Part shown: piece by piece, positions 11,168 to 25,900 of the stretch | Position numbering within the stretch: the first letter of the stretch is position 1 | Layout of the letters: each line of letters starts with the position of its first letter | Assembly: GCF_009914755.1 (NCBI RefSeq) | Contig: NC_060926.1 | Length of the DNA stretch: 64,000 nt | Strand: one strand, 5' to 3' | Origin: the human T2T-CHM13v2.0 reference genome, Homo sapiens | Notes under the pieces: generated by a model | The model's database searches: none | What the model was told of the DNA's origin: nothing | Seen by the model: only the letters and a program-made list of their open reading frames with translations | Program-made: the position numbers and the translations under genes

Positions 11168-14100
11168 TCTAGACAGAAGCATTCTCAGAAGCTTCATTGG
11201 GATGTTTCAATTGAAGTCACAGTGTTGAACAGTCCCTTTCATAGAGCAGGTTTGAAACACTCTTTTTGTAGTATCTGGAAGTGGACATTTGGAACGCTCT
11301 CAGGACTGCGTTGAAAAAGGAAATATCTTCCAATAAAAGCTAGATAGAAGCAATGTCAGAAACTTTTTCATGATGTATCTACTCAGCTAACAGAGTTGAA
11401 CCTTTCTTTTGAGAGAGCAGTTTTGAAACACTCGTTTTGTGGAATCTGCAAGTGGATATTTGTCTAGCTTTGAGGATTTCGTTGGAAACGGGATTACGTA
11501 TAAAAAGCAGACAGCAGCATTCCCAGTAACTTCTTTGTGATGTTTGCATTCAAGTCACAGAGTTGAACATTCCCTTTCATAGAGCAGGTTTGAAACACTT
11601 TTTTTGTAGTATCTGGATGTGGACATTTGGAGCGCTTTCAGGCCTATGGTGAAAAAGGAAATATCTTCCAATAAAAGCTAGATAGAAGCAATGTCAGAAA
11701 CTTTTTCATGATGTATCTACTCAGCTAACGGAGTTGAACCTTTCTTTTGAGAGAGCAGTATTGAAACACTCTTTTTGTGGAATCTGCAAGTGGATATTTG
11801 TCTAGCTTTGAGGATTTCGTTGGAAACGGGATTACATATAAAAAGCAGACAGCAGCATTCCCAGTAACTTCTTTGTGATGTTTGCATTCAAGTCACAGAG
11901 TTGAACATTCCCTTTCATAGAGCAGGTTTGAAACACTCTTTTTGTAGTATCTGGATGTGGACATTTGGAGCGCTTTCAGGCCTATGGTGAAAAAGGAAAT
12001 ATCTTCCCCAGAAAACTAGACAGAAGCATTCTCAGAATCTTATTTGTGATGTGCGCCCTCAACTAACAGTGTTGAAGCTTTCTTTTGATAGAGCAGTTTT
12101 GAAACACTCCTTTCGTAAAATCTGCAAGAGGATATTTGGATAGCTTTGAGGATTACGTTGGAAACGGGATTGTCTTCATATAAACTCTAGACAGAAGCAT
12201 TCTCAGAAGCTTCATTGGGATGTTTCAATTAAAGTCACAGTGTTGAACAGTCCCTTTCATAGAGCAGGTTTGAAACACTCTTTTTGTAGTATCTGGAAGT
12301 GGACATTTGGAGCGCTCTCAGGACTGCGGTGAAAAAGGAAATATCTTCCAATAAAAGCTAGATAGAAGCAATGTCAGAAACTTTTTCATGATGTATCTAC
12401 TCAGCTAACAGAGTTGAACCTTCCTTTGAGAGAGCAGTTTTGAAACACTCTTTTTGTGGAATCTGCAAGTGGATATTTGTCTAGCTTTGAGGATTTCGTT
12501 GGAAACGGGTTACATATAAAAAGCAGACAGCAGCATTCCCAGAAACTTCTTTATGTTGTTTGCATTCAAGTCACAGAGTTGAACATTCCCTTTCATAGAG
12601 CAGGTTTGAAACACTCTTTTTGTAGTATCTGGATGTGGACATTTGCAGCGCTTTCAGGCCTAAGGTGAAAAAGGAAATATCTTCCCCTGAAAACTAGACA
12701 GAAGCATTCTCCGAAACTTATATGTGATGTGCGCCCTCAACTAACAGTGTTGAAGCTTTCTTTTGATAGAGCAGTTTTGAAACACTCTTTTTGTAATATC
12801 TGCAAGAGGATATTTGGATAGCTTTGAGGATTTCGTTGGAAACGGGATTGTCTTCATATAAACTCTAGACAGAAGCATTCTCAGAAGCTTCATTGGGATG
12901 TTTCAATTGAAGTCACAGTGTTGAACAGTCCCTTTCATAGAGCAGGTTTGAAACACTCTTTTTGTAGTATCTGGATGTGGACATTTGGAGCGCTTTCAGG
13001 GCTATGGTTTAAAAGGAAATATCTTCCCCTGAAAACTAGACAGAAGCATTCTCAGAAACTTATTTGTGATGTGCGCCCTCAGCTAAGAGTGTTGAAGCAT
13101 TCTTTTGATAGAGCAGTTTTGAAACACTCTTTTTGTGGAATCTGCAAGTGGATATTTGTCTAGCTTTGAGGATTTCGTTGGAAACGGGATTACATATAAA
13201 AAGCAGACAGCAGCATTCCCAGAAACTTCTTTGTGATGTTTGCATTCACGTCACAGAGTTGAACATTCCCTTTCATAGAGCAGGTTTGAAACACTCTTTT
13301 TGTAGTATCTGGATGTGGACATTTGGAGCGCTTTCAGGCCTATGGTGAAAAAGGAAATATCTTCCCCTGAAAACTAGACAGAAGCATTCTCAGAAACTTA
13401 TTTGTGATGTGCGCCCTCAACTAACAGTGTTGAAGCTTTCTTTTGATAGAGCAGTTTTGAAACACTCTTTTTGTAATATCTGCAAGAGGATATTTGGATA
13501 GCTTTGAGGATTTCGTTGGAAACGGGATTAATTATAAAAAGCAGACAGCAGCATTCCCAGAATCTTGTTTGTGATGTTTGCATTCAAGTCACAGAGTTGA
13601 ACATTCCCTTTCAGAGAGCAGGTTTGAAACACTCTTTTTATAGTATCTGGATGTGGACATTTGGAGCGCTTTCAGGCCTATGGTGAAAAAGGAAATATCT
13701 TCTCCTGAAAACTAGACAGAAGCATTCTCAGAATCTTATTTGTGATGTGCGCCCTCAACTAACAGTGTTGAAGCTTTCTTTTGATAGAGCAGTTTTGAAA
13801 CACTCTTTTCGTAAAATCTGCAAGAGGATATTTGGATAGCTTTGAGGATTTCGTTGGAAACGGGATTGTCTTCATATAAACTCTAGACAGAAGCATTCTC
13901 AGAAGCTTCATTGGGATGTTTCAATTGAAGTCACAGTGTTGAACAGTCCCTTTCATAGAGCAGGTTTGAAACACTCTTTTTGTAGTATCTGGAAGTGGAC
14001 ATTTGGAACGCTCTCAGGACTGCGTTGAAAAAGGAAATATCTTCCAATAAAAGCTAGATAGAAGCAATGTCAGAACCTTTTTCATGATGTATCTACTCAG

Positions 14101-17100
14101 CTAACAGAGTTGAACCTTTCTTTTGAGAGAGCAGTTTTGAAACACTCGTTTTGTGGAATCTGCAAGTGGATATTTGTCTAGCTTTGAGGATTTCGTTGGA
14201 AACGGGATTACATATAAAAAGCAGACAGCAGCATTCCCAGTAACTTCTTTGTGATGTTTGCATTCAAGTCACAGAGTTGAACATTCCCTTTCATAGAGCA
14301 GGTTTGAAACACTTTTTTTGTAGTATCTGGATGTGGACATTTGGAGCGCTTTCAGGCCTATGGTGAAAAAGGAAATATCTTCCAATAAAAGCTAGATAGA
14401 AGCAATGTCAGAAACTTTTTCATGATGTATCTACTCAGCTAACGGAGTTGAACCTTTCTTTTGAGAGAGCAGTATTGAAACACTCTTTTTGTGGAATCTG
14501 CAAGTGGATATTTGTCTAGCTTTGATGATTTCGTTGGAAACGGGATTACATATAAAAAGCAGACAGCAGCATTCCCAGTAACTTCTTTGTGATGTTTGCA
14601 TTCAAGTCACAGAGTTGAACATTCCCTTTCATAGAGCAGGTTTGAAACACTCTTTTTGTAGTATCTGGATGTGGACATTTGGAGCGCTTTCAGGCCTATG
14701 GTGAAAAAGGAAATATCTTCCCCAGAAAACTAGACAGAAGCATTCTCAGAATCTTATTTGTGATGTGCGCCCTCAACTAACAGTGTTGAAGCTTTCTTTT
14801 GATAGAGCAGTTTTGAAACACTCTTTTCGTAAAATCTGCAAGAGGATATTTGGATAGCTTTGAGGATTACGTTGGAAACGGGATTGTCTTCATATAAACT
14901 CTAGACAGAAGCATTCTCAGAAGCTTCATTGGGATGTTTCAATTAAAGTCACAGTGTTGAACAGTCCCTTTCATAGAGCAGGTTTGAAACACTCTTTTTG
15001 TAGTATCTGGAAGTGGACATTTGGAGCGCTCTCAGGACTGCGGTGAAAAAGGAAATATCTTCCAATAAAAGCTAGATAGAAGCAATGTCAGAAACTTTTT
15101 CATGATGTATCTACTCAGCTAACAGAGTTGAACCTTCCTTTGAGAGAGCAGTTTTGAAACACTCTTTTTGTTGAATCTGCAAGTGGATATTTGTCTAGCT
15201 TTGAGGATTTCGTTGGAAACGGGTTACATATAAAAAGCAGACAGCAGCATTCCCAGAAACTTCTTTGTGTTGTTTGCATTCAAGTCACAGAGTTGAACAT
15301 TCCCTTTCATAGAGCAGGTTTGAAACACTCTTTTTGTAGTATCTGGATGTGGACATTTGCAGCGCTTTCAGGCCTAAGGTGAAAAAGGAAATATCTTCCC
15401 CTGAAAACTAGACAGAAGCATTCTCAGAAACTTATTTGTGATGTGCGCCCTCAACTAACAGTGTTGAAGCTTTCTTTTGATAGAGCAGTTTTGAAACACT
15501 CTTTTTGTAATATCTGCAAGAGGATATTTGGATAGCTTTGAGGATTTCGTTGGAAACGGGATTGTCTTCATATAAACTCTAGACAGAAGCATTCTCAGAA
15601 GCTTCATTGGGATGTTTCAATTGAAGTCACAGTGTTGAACAGTCCCTTTCATAGAGCAGGTTTGAAACACTCTTTTTGTAGTATCTGGATGTGGACATTT
15701 GGAGCGCTTTCAGGGCTATGGTTTAAAAGGAAATATCTTCCCCTGAAAACTAGACAGAAGCATTCTCAGAAACTTATTTGTGATGTGCGCCCTCAGCTAA
15801 GAGTGTTGAAGCATTCTTTTGATAGAGCAGTTTTGAAACACTCTTTTTGTGGAATCTGCAAGTGGATATTTGTCTAGCTTTGAGGATTTCGTTGGAAACG
15901 GGATTACATATAAAAAGCAGACAGCAGCATTCCCAGAAACTTCTTTGTGATGTTTGCATTCACGTCACAGAGTTGAACATTCCCTTTCATAGAGCAGGTT
16001 TGAAACACTCTTTTTGTAGTATCTGGATGTGGATATTTGGAGCGCTTTCAGGCCTATGGTGAAAAAGGAAATATCTTCCCCTGAAAACTAGACAGAAGCA
16101 TTCTCAGAAACTTATTTGTGATGTGCGCCCTCAACTAACAGTGTTGAAGCTTTCTTTTGATAGAGCAGTTTTGAAACACTCTTTTTGTAATATCTGCAAG
16201 AGGATATTTGGATAGCTTTGAGGATTTCGTTGGAAACGGGATTAATTATAAAAAGCAGACAGCAGCATTCCCAGAATCTTGTTTGTGATGTTTGCATTCA
16301 AGTCACAGAGTTGAACATTCCCTTTCAGAGAGCAGGTTTGAAACACTCTTTTTATAGTATCTGGATGTGGACATTTGGAGCGCTTTCAGGCCTATGGTGA
16401 AAAAGGAAATATCTTCTCCTGAAAACTAGACAGAAGCATTCTCAGAATCTTATTTGTGATGTGCGCCCTCAACTAACAGTGTTGAAGCTTTCTTTTGATA
16501 GAGCAGTTTTGAAACACTCTTTTCGTAAAATCTGCAAGAGGATATTTGGATAGCTTTGAGGATTACGTTGGAAACGGGATTGTCTTCATATAAACTCTAG
16601 ACAGAAGCATTCTCAGAAGCTTCATTGGGATGTTTCAATTAAAGTCACAGTGTTGAACAGTCCCTTTCATAGAGCAGGTTTGAAACACTCTTTTTGTAGT
16701 ATCTGGAAGTGGACATTTGGAGCGCTCTCAGGACTGCGGTGAAAAAGGAAATATCTTCCAATAAAAGCTAGATAGAAGCAATGTCAGAAACTTTTTCATG
16801 ATGTATCTACTCAGCTAACAGAGTTGAACCTTCCTTTGAGAGAGCAGTTTTGAAACACTCTTTTTGTTGAATCTGCAAGTGGATATTTGTCTAGCTTTGA
16901 GGATTTCGTTGGAAACGGGTTACATATAAAAAGCAGACAGCAGCATTCCCAGAAACTTCTTTGTGTTGTTTGCATTCAAGTCACAGAGTTGAACATTCCC
17001 TTTCATAGAGCAGGTTTGAAACACTCTTTTTGTAGTATCTGGATGTGGACATTTGCAGCGCTTTCAGGCCTAAGGTGAAAAAGGAAATATCTTCCCCTGA

Positions 17101-19987
17101 AAACTAGACAGGAGCATTCTCAGAAACTTATTTGTGATGTGCGCCCTCAACTAACAGTGTTGAAGCTTTCTTTTGATAGAGCAGTTTTGAAACACTCTTT
17201 TTGTAATATCTGCAAGAGGATATTTGGATAGCTTTGAGGATTTCGTTGGAAACGGGATTGTCTTCATATAAACTCTAGACAGAAGCATTCTCAGAAGCTT
17301 CATTGGGATGTTTCAATTGAAGTCACAGTGTTGAACAGTCCCTTTCATAGAGCAGGTTTGAAACACTCTTTTTGTAGTATCTGGATGTGGACATTTGGAG
17401 CGCTTTCAGGGCTATGGTTTAAAAGGAAATATCTTCCCCTGAAAACTAGACAGAAGCATTCTCAGAAACTTATTTGTGATGTGCGCCCTCAGCTAAGAGT
17501 GTTGAAGCATTCTTTTGATAGAGCAGTTTTGAAACACTCTTTTTGTGGAATCTGCAAGTGGATATTTGTCTAGCTTTGAGGATTTCGTTGGAAACGGGAT
17601 TACATATAAAAAGCAGACAGCAGCATTCCCAGAAACTTCTTTGTGATGTTTGCATTCACGTCACAGAGTTGAACATTCCCTTTCATAGAGCAGGTTTGAA
17701 ACACTCTTTTTGTAGTATCTGGATGTGGACATTTGGAGCGCTTTCAGGCCTATGGTGAAAAAGGAAATATCTTCCCCTGAAAACTAGACAGAAGCATTCT
17801 CAGAAACTTATTTGTGATGTGCGCCCTCAACTAACAGTGTTGAAGCTTTCTTTTGATAGAGCAGTTTTGAAACACTCTTTTTGTAATATCTGCAAGAGGA
17901 TATTTGGATAGCTTTGAGGATTTCGTTGGAAACGGGATTAATTATAAAAAGCAGACAGCAGCATTCCCAGAATCTTGTTTGTGATGTTTGCATTCAAGTC
18001 ACAGAGTTGAACATTCCCTTTCAGAGAGCAGGTTTGAAACACTCTTTTTATAGTATCTGGATGTGGACATTTGGAGCGCTTTCAGGCCTATGGTGAAAAA
18101 GGAAATATCTTCTCCTGAAAACTAGACAGAAGCATTCTCAGAATCTTATTTGTGATGTGCGCCCTCAACTAACAGTGTTGAAGCTTTCTTTTGATAGAGC
18201 AGTTTTGAAACACTCTTTTCGTAAAATCTGCAAGAGGATATTTGGATAGCTTTGAGGATTTCGTTGGAAACGGGATTGTCTTCATATAAACTCTAGACAG
18301 AAGCATTCTCAGAAGCTTCATTGGGATGTTTCAATTGAAGTCACAGTGTTGAACAGTCCCTTTCATAGAGCAGGTTTGAAACACTCTTTTTGTAGTATCT
18401 GGAAGTGGACATTTGGAACGCTCTCAGGACTGCGTTGAAAAAGGAAATATCTTCCAATAAAAGCTAGATAGAAGCAATGTCAGAAACTTTTTCATGATGT
18501 ATCTACTCAGCTAACAGAGTTGAACCTTTCTTTTGAGAGAGCAGTTTTGAAACACTCGTTTTGTGGAATCTGCAAGTGGATATTTGTCTAGCTTTGAGGA
18601 TTTCGTTGGAAACGGGATTACATATAAAAAGCAGACAGCAGCATTCCCAGTAACTTCTTTGTGATGTTTGCATTCAAGTCACAGAGTTGAACATTCCCTT
18701 TCATAGAGCAGGTTTGAAACACTTTTTTTGTAGTATCTGGATGTGGACATTTGGAGCGCTTTCAGGCCTATGGTGAAAAAGGAAATATCTTCCAATAAAA
18801 GCTAGATAGAAGCAATGTCAGAAACTTTTTCATGATGTATCTACTCAGCTAACGGAGTTGAACCTTTCTTTTGAGAGAGCAGTATTGAAACACTCTTTTT
18901 GTGGAATCTGCAAGTGGATATTTGTCTAGCTTTGATGATTTCGTTGGAAACGGGATTACATATAAAAAGCAGACAGCAGCATTCCCAGTAACTTCTTTGT
19001 GATGTTTGCATTCAAGTCACAGAGTTGAACATTCCCTTTCATAGAGCAGGTTTGAAACACTCTTTTTGTAGTATCTGGATGTGGACATTTGGAGCGCTTT
19101 CAGGCCTATGGTGAAAAAGGAAATATCTTCCCCAGAAAACTAGACAGAAGCATTCTCAGAATCTTATTTGTGATGTGCGCCCTCAACTAACAGTGTTGAA
19201 GCTTTCTTTTGATAGAGCAGTTTTGAAACACTCTTTTCGTAAAATCTGCAAGAGGATATTTGGATAGCTTTGAGGATTACGTTGGAAACGGGATTGTCTT
19301 CATATAAACTCTAGACAGAAGCATTCTCAGAAGCTTCATTGGGATGTTTCAATTAAAGTCACAGTGTTGAACAGTCCCTTTCATAGAGCAGGTTTGAAAC
19401 ACTCTTTTTGTAGTATCTGGAAGTGGACATTTGGAGCGCTCTCAGGACTGCGGTGAAAAAGGAAATATCTTCCAATAAAAGCTAGATAGAAGCAATGTCA
19501 GAAACTTTTTCATGATGTATCTACTCAGCTAACAGAGTTGAACCTTCCTTTGAGAGAGCAGTTTTGAAACACTCTTTTTGTTGAATCTGCAAGTGGATAT
19601 TTGTCTAGCTTTGAGGATTTCGTTGGAAACGGGTTACATATAAAAAGCAGACAGCAGCATTCCCAGAAACTTCTTTGTGTTGTTTGCATTCAAGTCACAG
19701 AGTTGAACATTCCCTTTCATAGAGCAGGTTTGAAACACTCTTTTTGTAGTATCTGGATGTGGACATTTGCAGCGCTTTCAGGCCTAAGGTGAAAAAGGAA
19801 ATATCTTCCCCTGAAAACTAGACAGAAGCATTCTCAGAAACTTATTTGTGATGTGCGCCCTCAACTAACAGTGTTGAAGCTTTCTTTTGATAGAGCAGTT
19901 TTGAAACACTCTTTTTGTAATATCTGCAAGAGGATATTTGGATAGCTTTGAGGATTTCGTTGGAAACGGGATTGTCTTCATATAAAC
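11168..19987 (+). repeat. Super-repeat of ~2714 bp (X+Y+Z, 16 monomers; Y = 678-bp 4-mer) with an internal 1696-bp (10-monomer) Y+Z repeat
   Basis: Unit lengths are 1018, 678, 1018, 1018, 678, 1018, 678, 1018, 1018, 678. ORF offsets: 12918->15632 (2714), 15632->17328 (1696), 16887->19601 (2714). Shared SNPs: CAGGGCTATGG, CTCAGCTAAGAG, GCAGTATTG, TGTTGAATC. Confidence 0.85.
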
Positions 19988-22900
19988 TCTAGACAGAAGC
20001 ATTCTCAGAAGCTTCATTGGGATGTTTCAATTGAAGTTGCAGTGTTGAACAGTCCCTTTCATAGAGCAGGTTTGAAACACTCTTTTTGTAGTATCTGGAT
20101 GTGGACATTTGGAGCGCTTTCAGGCCTATGGTTTAAAAGGAAATATCTTCCCCTGAAAACTAGACAGAAGCATTCTCAGAAACTTATTTGTGATGTGCGC
20201 CCTCAACTAAGAGTGTTGAAGCATTCTTTTGATAGAGCAGTTTTGAAACACTCTTTTTGTGGAATCTGCAAGTGGATATTTGTCTAGCTTTGAGGATTTC
20301 GTTGGAAACGGGATTACATATAAAAAGCAGACAGCAGCATTCCCAGAAACTTCTTTGTGATGTTTGCATTCACGTCACAGAGTTGAACATTCCCTTTCAT
20401 AGAGCAGGTTTGAAACACTCTTTTTGTAGTATCTGGATGTGGACATTTGGAGCGCTTTCAGGCCTATGGTGAAAAAGGAAATATCTTCCCCTGAAAACTA
20501 GACAGAAGCATTCTCAGAAACTTATTTGTGATGTGCGCCCTCAACTAACAGTGTTGAAGCTTTCTTTTGATAGAGCAGTTTTGAAACACTCTTTTTGTAA
20601 TATCTGCAAGAGGATATTTGGATAGCTTTGAGGATTTCGTTGGAAACGGGATTGTCTTCATATAAACTCCAGACAGAAGCATTCTCAGAAGCTTCATTGG
20701 GATGTTTCAATTGAAGTCACAGTGTTGAACAGTCCCTTTCATAGAGCAGGTTTGAAACACTCTTTTTGTAGTATCTGGAAGTGGACATTTGGAACGCTCT
20801 CAGGACTGCGTTGAAAAAGGAAATATCTTCCAATAAAAGCTAGATAGAAGCAATGTCAGAAACTTTTTCATGATGTATCTACTCAGCTAACAGAGTTGAA
20901 CCTTCATTTGAGAGAGCAGTTTTGAAACACTCGTTTTGTGGAATCTGCAAGTGGATATTTGTCTAGCTTTGAGGATTTCGTTGGAAACGGGATTACATAT
21001 AAAAAGCAGACAGTAGCATTCCCAGAAACTTCTTTGTGATGTTTGCATTCAAGTCACAGAGTTGAACATTCCCTTTCATAGAGCAGGTTTGAAACACTCT
21101 TTTTGTAGTATCTGGATGTGGACATTTGCAGCGCTTTCAGGCATAAGGTGAAAAAGGAAATATCTTCCCCTGAAAACTAGACAGAAGCATTCTCAGAAAC
21201 TTATTTGTGATGTGCGCCCTCAACTAACAGTGTTGAACCTTTCTTTTGATAGAGCAGTTTTGAAACACTCTTTTTGTAATATCTGCAAGAGGATATTTGG
21301 ATAGCATTGAGGATTTCTTTGGAAACGGGATTGTCTTCATATAAACTCTAGACAGAAGCATTCTCAGAAGCTTCATTGGGATGTTTCAATTGAAGTCACA
21401 GTGTTGAACAGTCCCTTTCATAGAGCAGGTTTGAAACACTCTTTTTGTAGTATCTGGAAGTGGACATTTGGAGAGATCTCAGGAATACGGTGATAAAGGA
21501 AATATCTTCCAATAAAAGCTAGATAGAAGCAATGTCAGAAACTTTTTCATGATGTATCTACTCAGCTAACAGAGTTGAACCTTCCTTTGAGAGAGCAGTT
21601 TTGAAACACTCTTTTTGTGGAATCTGCAAGTGGATATTTGTCTAGCTTTGAGGATTTCGTTGGAAACGGGTTACATATAAAAAGCAGACAGCAGCATTCC
21701 CAGAAACTTCTTTGTGTTGTTTGCATTCAAGTCACAGAGTTGAACATTCCCTTTCATAGAGCAGGTCTGAAACACTCTTTTTGTAGTATCTGGATGTGGA
21801 CATTTGCAGCGCTTTCAGGCATAAGGTGAAAAAGGAAATATCTTCCCCTGAAAACTAGACAGAAGCATTCTCAGAAACTTATTTGTGATGTGCGCCCTCA
21901 ACTAACAGTGTTGAAGCTTTCTTTTGATAGAGCAGTTTTGAAACACTCTTTTTGTAATATCTGCAAGAGGATATTTGGATAGCTTTGAGGATTTCGTTGG
22001 AAACGGGATTGTCTTCATATAAACTCTAGACAGAAGCATTCTCAGAAGCTTCATTGGGATGTTTCAATTGAAGTTACAGTGTTGAACAGTCCCTTTCATA
22101 GAGCAGGTTTGAAACACTCTTTTTGTAGTATCTGGATGTGGACATTTGGAGCGCTTTCAGGCCTATGGTTTAAAAGGAAATATCTTCCCCTGAAAACTAG
22201 ACAGAAGCATTCTCAGAAACTTATTTGTGATGTGCGCCCTCAACTAACAGTGTTGAAGCATTCTTTTGATAGAGCAGTTTTGAAACACTCTTTTTGTGGA
22301 ATCTGCAAGTGGATATTTGTCTAGCTTTGAGGATTTCGTTGGAAACGGGATTACATATAAAAAGCAGACAGCAGCATTCCCAGAAACTTCTTTGTGATGT
22401 TTGCATTCACGTCACAGAGTTGAACATTCCCTTTCATAGAGCAGGTTTGAAACACTCTTTTTGTAGTATCTGGATGTGGACATTTGGAGCGCTTTCAGGC
22501 CTATGGTGAAAAAGGAAATATCTTCCCCTGAAAACTAGACAGAAGCATTCTCAGAAACTTATTTGTGATGTGCGCCCTCAACTAACAGTGTTGAAGCTTT
22601 CTTTTGATAGAGCAGTTTTGAAACACTCTTTTTGTAATATCTGCAAGAGGATATTTGGATAGCTTTGAGGATTTCGTTGGAAACGGGATTAATTATAAAA
22701 AGCAGACAGCAGCATTCCCAGAATCTTGTTTGTGATGTTTGCATTCAAGTCACAGAGTTGAACATTCCCTTTCAGAGAGCAGGTTTGAAACACTCTTTTT
22801 ATAGTATCTGGATGTGGACATTTGGAGCGCTTTCAGGCCTATGGTGAAAAAGGAAATATCTTCTCCTGAAAACTAGACAGAAGCATTCTCAGAATCTTAT

Positions 22901-25900
22901 TTGTGATGTGCGCCCTCAACTAACAGTGTTGAAGCTTTCTTTTGATAGAGCAGTTTTGAAACACTCTTTTCGTAAAATCTGCAAGAGGATATTTGGATAG
23001 CTTTGAGGATTTCGTTGGAAACGGGATTGTCTTCATATAAACTCTAGACAGAAGCATTCTCAGAAGCTTCATTGGGATGTTTCAATTGAAGTCACAGTGT
23101 TGAACAGTCCCTTTCATAGAGCAGGTTTGAAACACTCTTTTTGTAGTATCTGGAAGTGGACATTTGGAACGCTCTCAGGACTGCGTTGAAAAAGGAAATA
23201 TCTTCCAATAAAAGCTAGATAGAAGCAATGTCAGAAACTTTTTCATGATGTATCTACTCAGCTAACAGAGTTGAACCTTTCTTTTGAGAGAGCAGTTTTG
23301 AAACACTCGTTTTGTGGAATCTGCAAGTGGATATTTGTCTAGCTTTGAGGATTTCGTTGGAAACGGGATTACATATAAAAAGCAGACAGCAGCATTCCCA
23401 GTAACTTCTTTGTGATGTTTGCATTCAAGTCACAGAGTTGAACATTCCCTTTCATAGAGCAGGTTTGAAACACTTTTTTTGTAGTATCTGGATGTGGACA
23501 TTTGGAGCGCTTTCAGGCCTATGGTGAAAAAGGAAATATCTTCCAATAAAAGCTAGATAGAAGCAATGTCAGAAACTTTTTCATGATGTATCTACTCAGC
23601 TAACGGAGTTGAACCTTTCTTTTGAGAGAGCAGTATTGAAACACTCTTTTTGTGGAATCTGCAAGTGGATATTTGTCTAGCTTTGATGATTTCGTTGGAA
23701 ACGGGATTACATATAAAAAGCAGACAGCAGCATTCCCAGTAACTTCTTTGTGATGTTTGCATTCAAGTCACAGAGTTGAACATTCCCTTTCATAGAGCAG
23801 GTTTGAAACACTCTTTTTGTAGTATCTGGATGTGGACATTTGGAGCGCTTTCAGGCCTATGGTGAAAAAGGAAATATCTTCCCCAGAAAACTAGACAGAA
23901 GCATTCTCAGAATCTTATTTGTGATGTGCGCCCTCAACTAACAGTGTTGAAGCTTTCTTTTGATAGAGCAGTTTTGAAACACTCTTTTCGTAAAATCTGC
24001 AAGAGGATATTTGGATAGCTTTGAGGATTACGTTGGAAACGGGATTGTCTTCATATAAACTCTAGACAGAAGCATTCTCAGAAGCTTCATTGGGATGTTT
24101 CAATTAAAGTCACAGTGTTGAACAGTCCCTTTCATAGAGCAGGTTTGAAACACTCTTTTTGTAGTATCTGGAAGTGGACATTTGGAGCGCTCTCAGGACT
24201 GCGGTGAAAAAGGAAATATCTTCCAATAAAAGCTAGATAGAAGCAATGTCAGAAACTTTTTCATGATGTATCTACTCAGCTAACAGAGTTGAACCTTCCT
24301 TTGAGAGAGCAGTTTTGAAACACTCTTTTTGTTGAATCTGCAAGTGGATATTTGTCTAGCTTTGAGGATTTCGTTGGAAACGGGTTACATATAAAAAGCA
24401 GACAGCAGCATTCCCAGAAACTTCTTTGTGTTGTTTGCATTCAAGTCACAGAGTTGAACATTCCCTTTCATAGAGCAGGTTTGAAACACTCTTTTTGTAG
24501 TATCTGGATGTGGACATTTGCAGCGCTTTCAGGCCTAAGGTGAAAAAGGAAATATCTTCCCCTGAAAACTAGACAGAAGCATTCTCAGAAACTTATTTGT
24601 GATGTGCGCCCTCAACTAACAGTGTTGAAGCTTTCTTTTGATAGAGCAGTTTTGAAACACTCTTTTTGTAATATCTGCAAGAGGATATTTGGATAGCTTT
24701 GAGGATTTCGTTGGAAACGGGATTGTCTTCATATAAACTCTAGACAGAAGCATTCTCAGAAGCTTCATTGGGATGTTTCAATTGAAGTTGCAGTGTTGAA
24801 CAGTCCCTTTCATAGAGCAGGTTTGAAACACTCTTTTTGTAGTATCTGGATGTGGACATTTGGAGCGCTTTCAGGCCTATGGTTTAAAAGGAAATATCTT
24901 CCCCTGAAAACTAGACAGAAGCATTCTCAGAAACTTATTTGTGATGTGCGCCCTCAACTAAGAGTGTTGAAGCATTCTTTTGATAGAGCAGTTTTGAAAC
25001 ACTCTTTTTGTGGAATCTGCAAGTGGATATTTGTCTAGCTTTGAGGATTTCGTTGGAAACGGGATTACATATAAAAAGCAGACAGCAGCATTCCCAGAAA
25101 CTTCTTTGTGATGTTTGCATTCACGTCACAGAGTTGAACATTCCCTTTCATAGAGCAGGTTTGAAACACTCTTTTTGTAGTATCTGGATGTGGACATTTG
25201 GAGCGCTTTCAGGCCTATGGTGAAAAAGGAAATATCTTCCCCTGAAAACTAGACAGAAGCATTCTCAGAAACTTATTTGTGATGTGCGCCCTCAACTAAC
25301 AGTGTTGAAGCTTTCTTTTGATAGAGCAGTTTTGAAACACTCTTTTTGTAATATCTGCAAGAGGATATTTGGATAGCTTTGAGGATTTCGTTGGAAACGG
25401 GATTGTCTTCATATAAACTCCAGACAGAAGCATTCTCAGAAGCTTCATTGGGATGTTTCAATTGAAGTCACAGTGTTGAACAGTCCCTTTCATAGAGCAG
25501 GTTTGAAACACTCTTTTTGTAGTATCTGGAAGTGGACATTTGGAACGCTCTCAGGACTGCGTTGAAAAAGGAAATATCTTCCAATAAAAGCTAGATAGAA
25601 GCAATGTCAGAAACTTTTTCATGATGTATCTACTCAGCTAACAGAGTTGAACCTTCATTTGAGAGAGCAGTTTTGAAACACTCGTTTTGTGGAATCTGCA
25701 AGTGGATATTTGTCTAGCTTTGAGGATTTCGTTGGAAACGGGATTACATATAAAAAGCAGACAGTAGCATTCCCAGAAACTTCTTTGTGATGTTTGCATT
25801 CAAGTCACAGAGTTGAACATTCCCTTTCATAGAGCAGGTTTGAAACACTCTTTTTGTAGTATCTGGATGTGGACATTTGCAGCGCTTTCAGGCATAAGGT

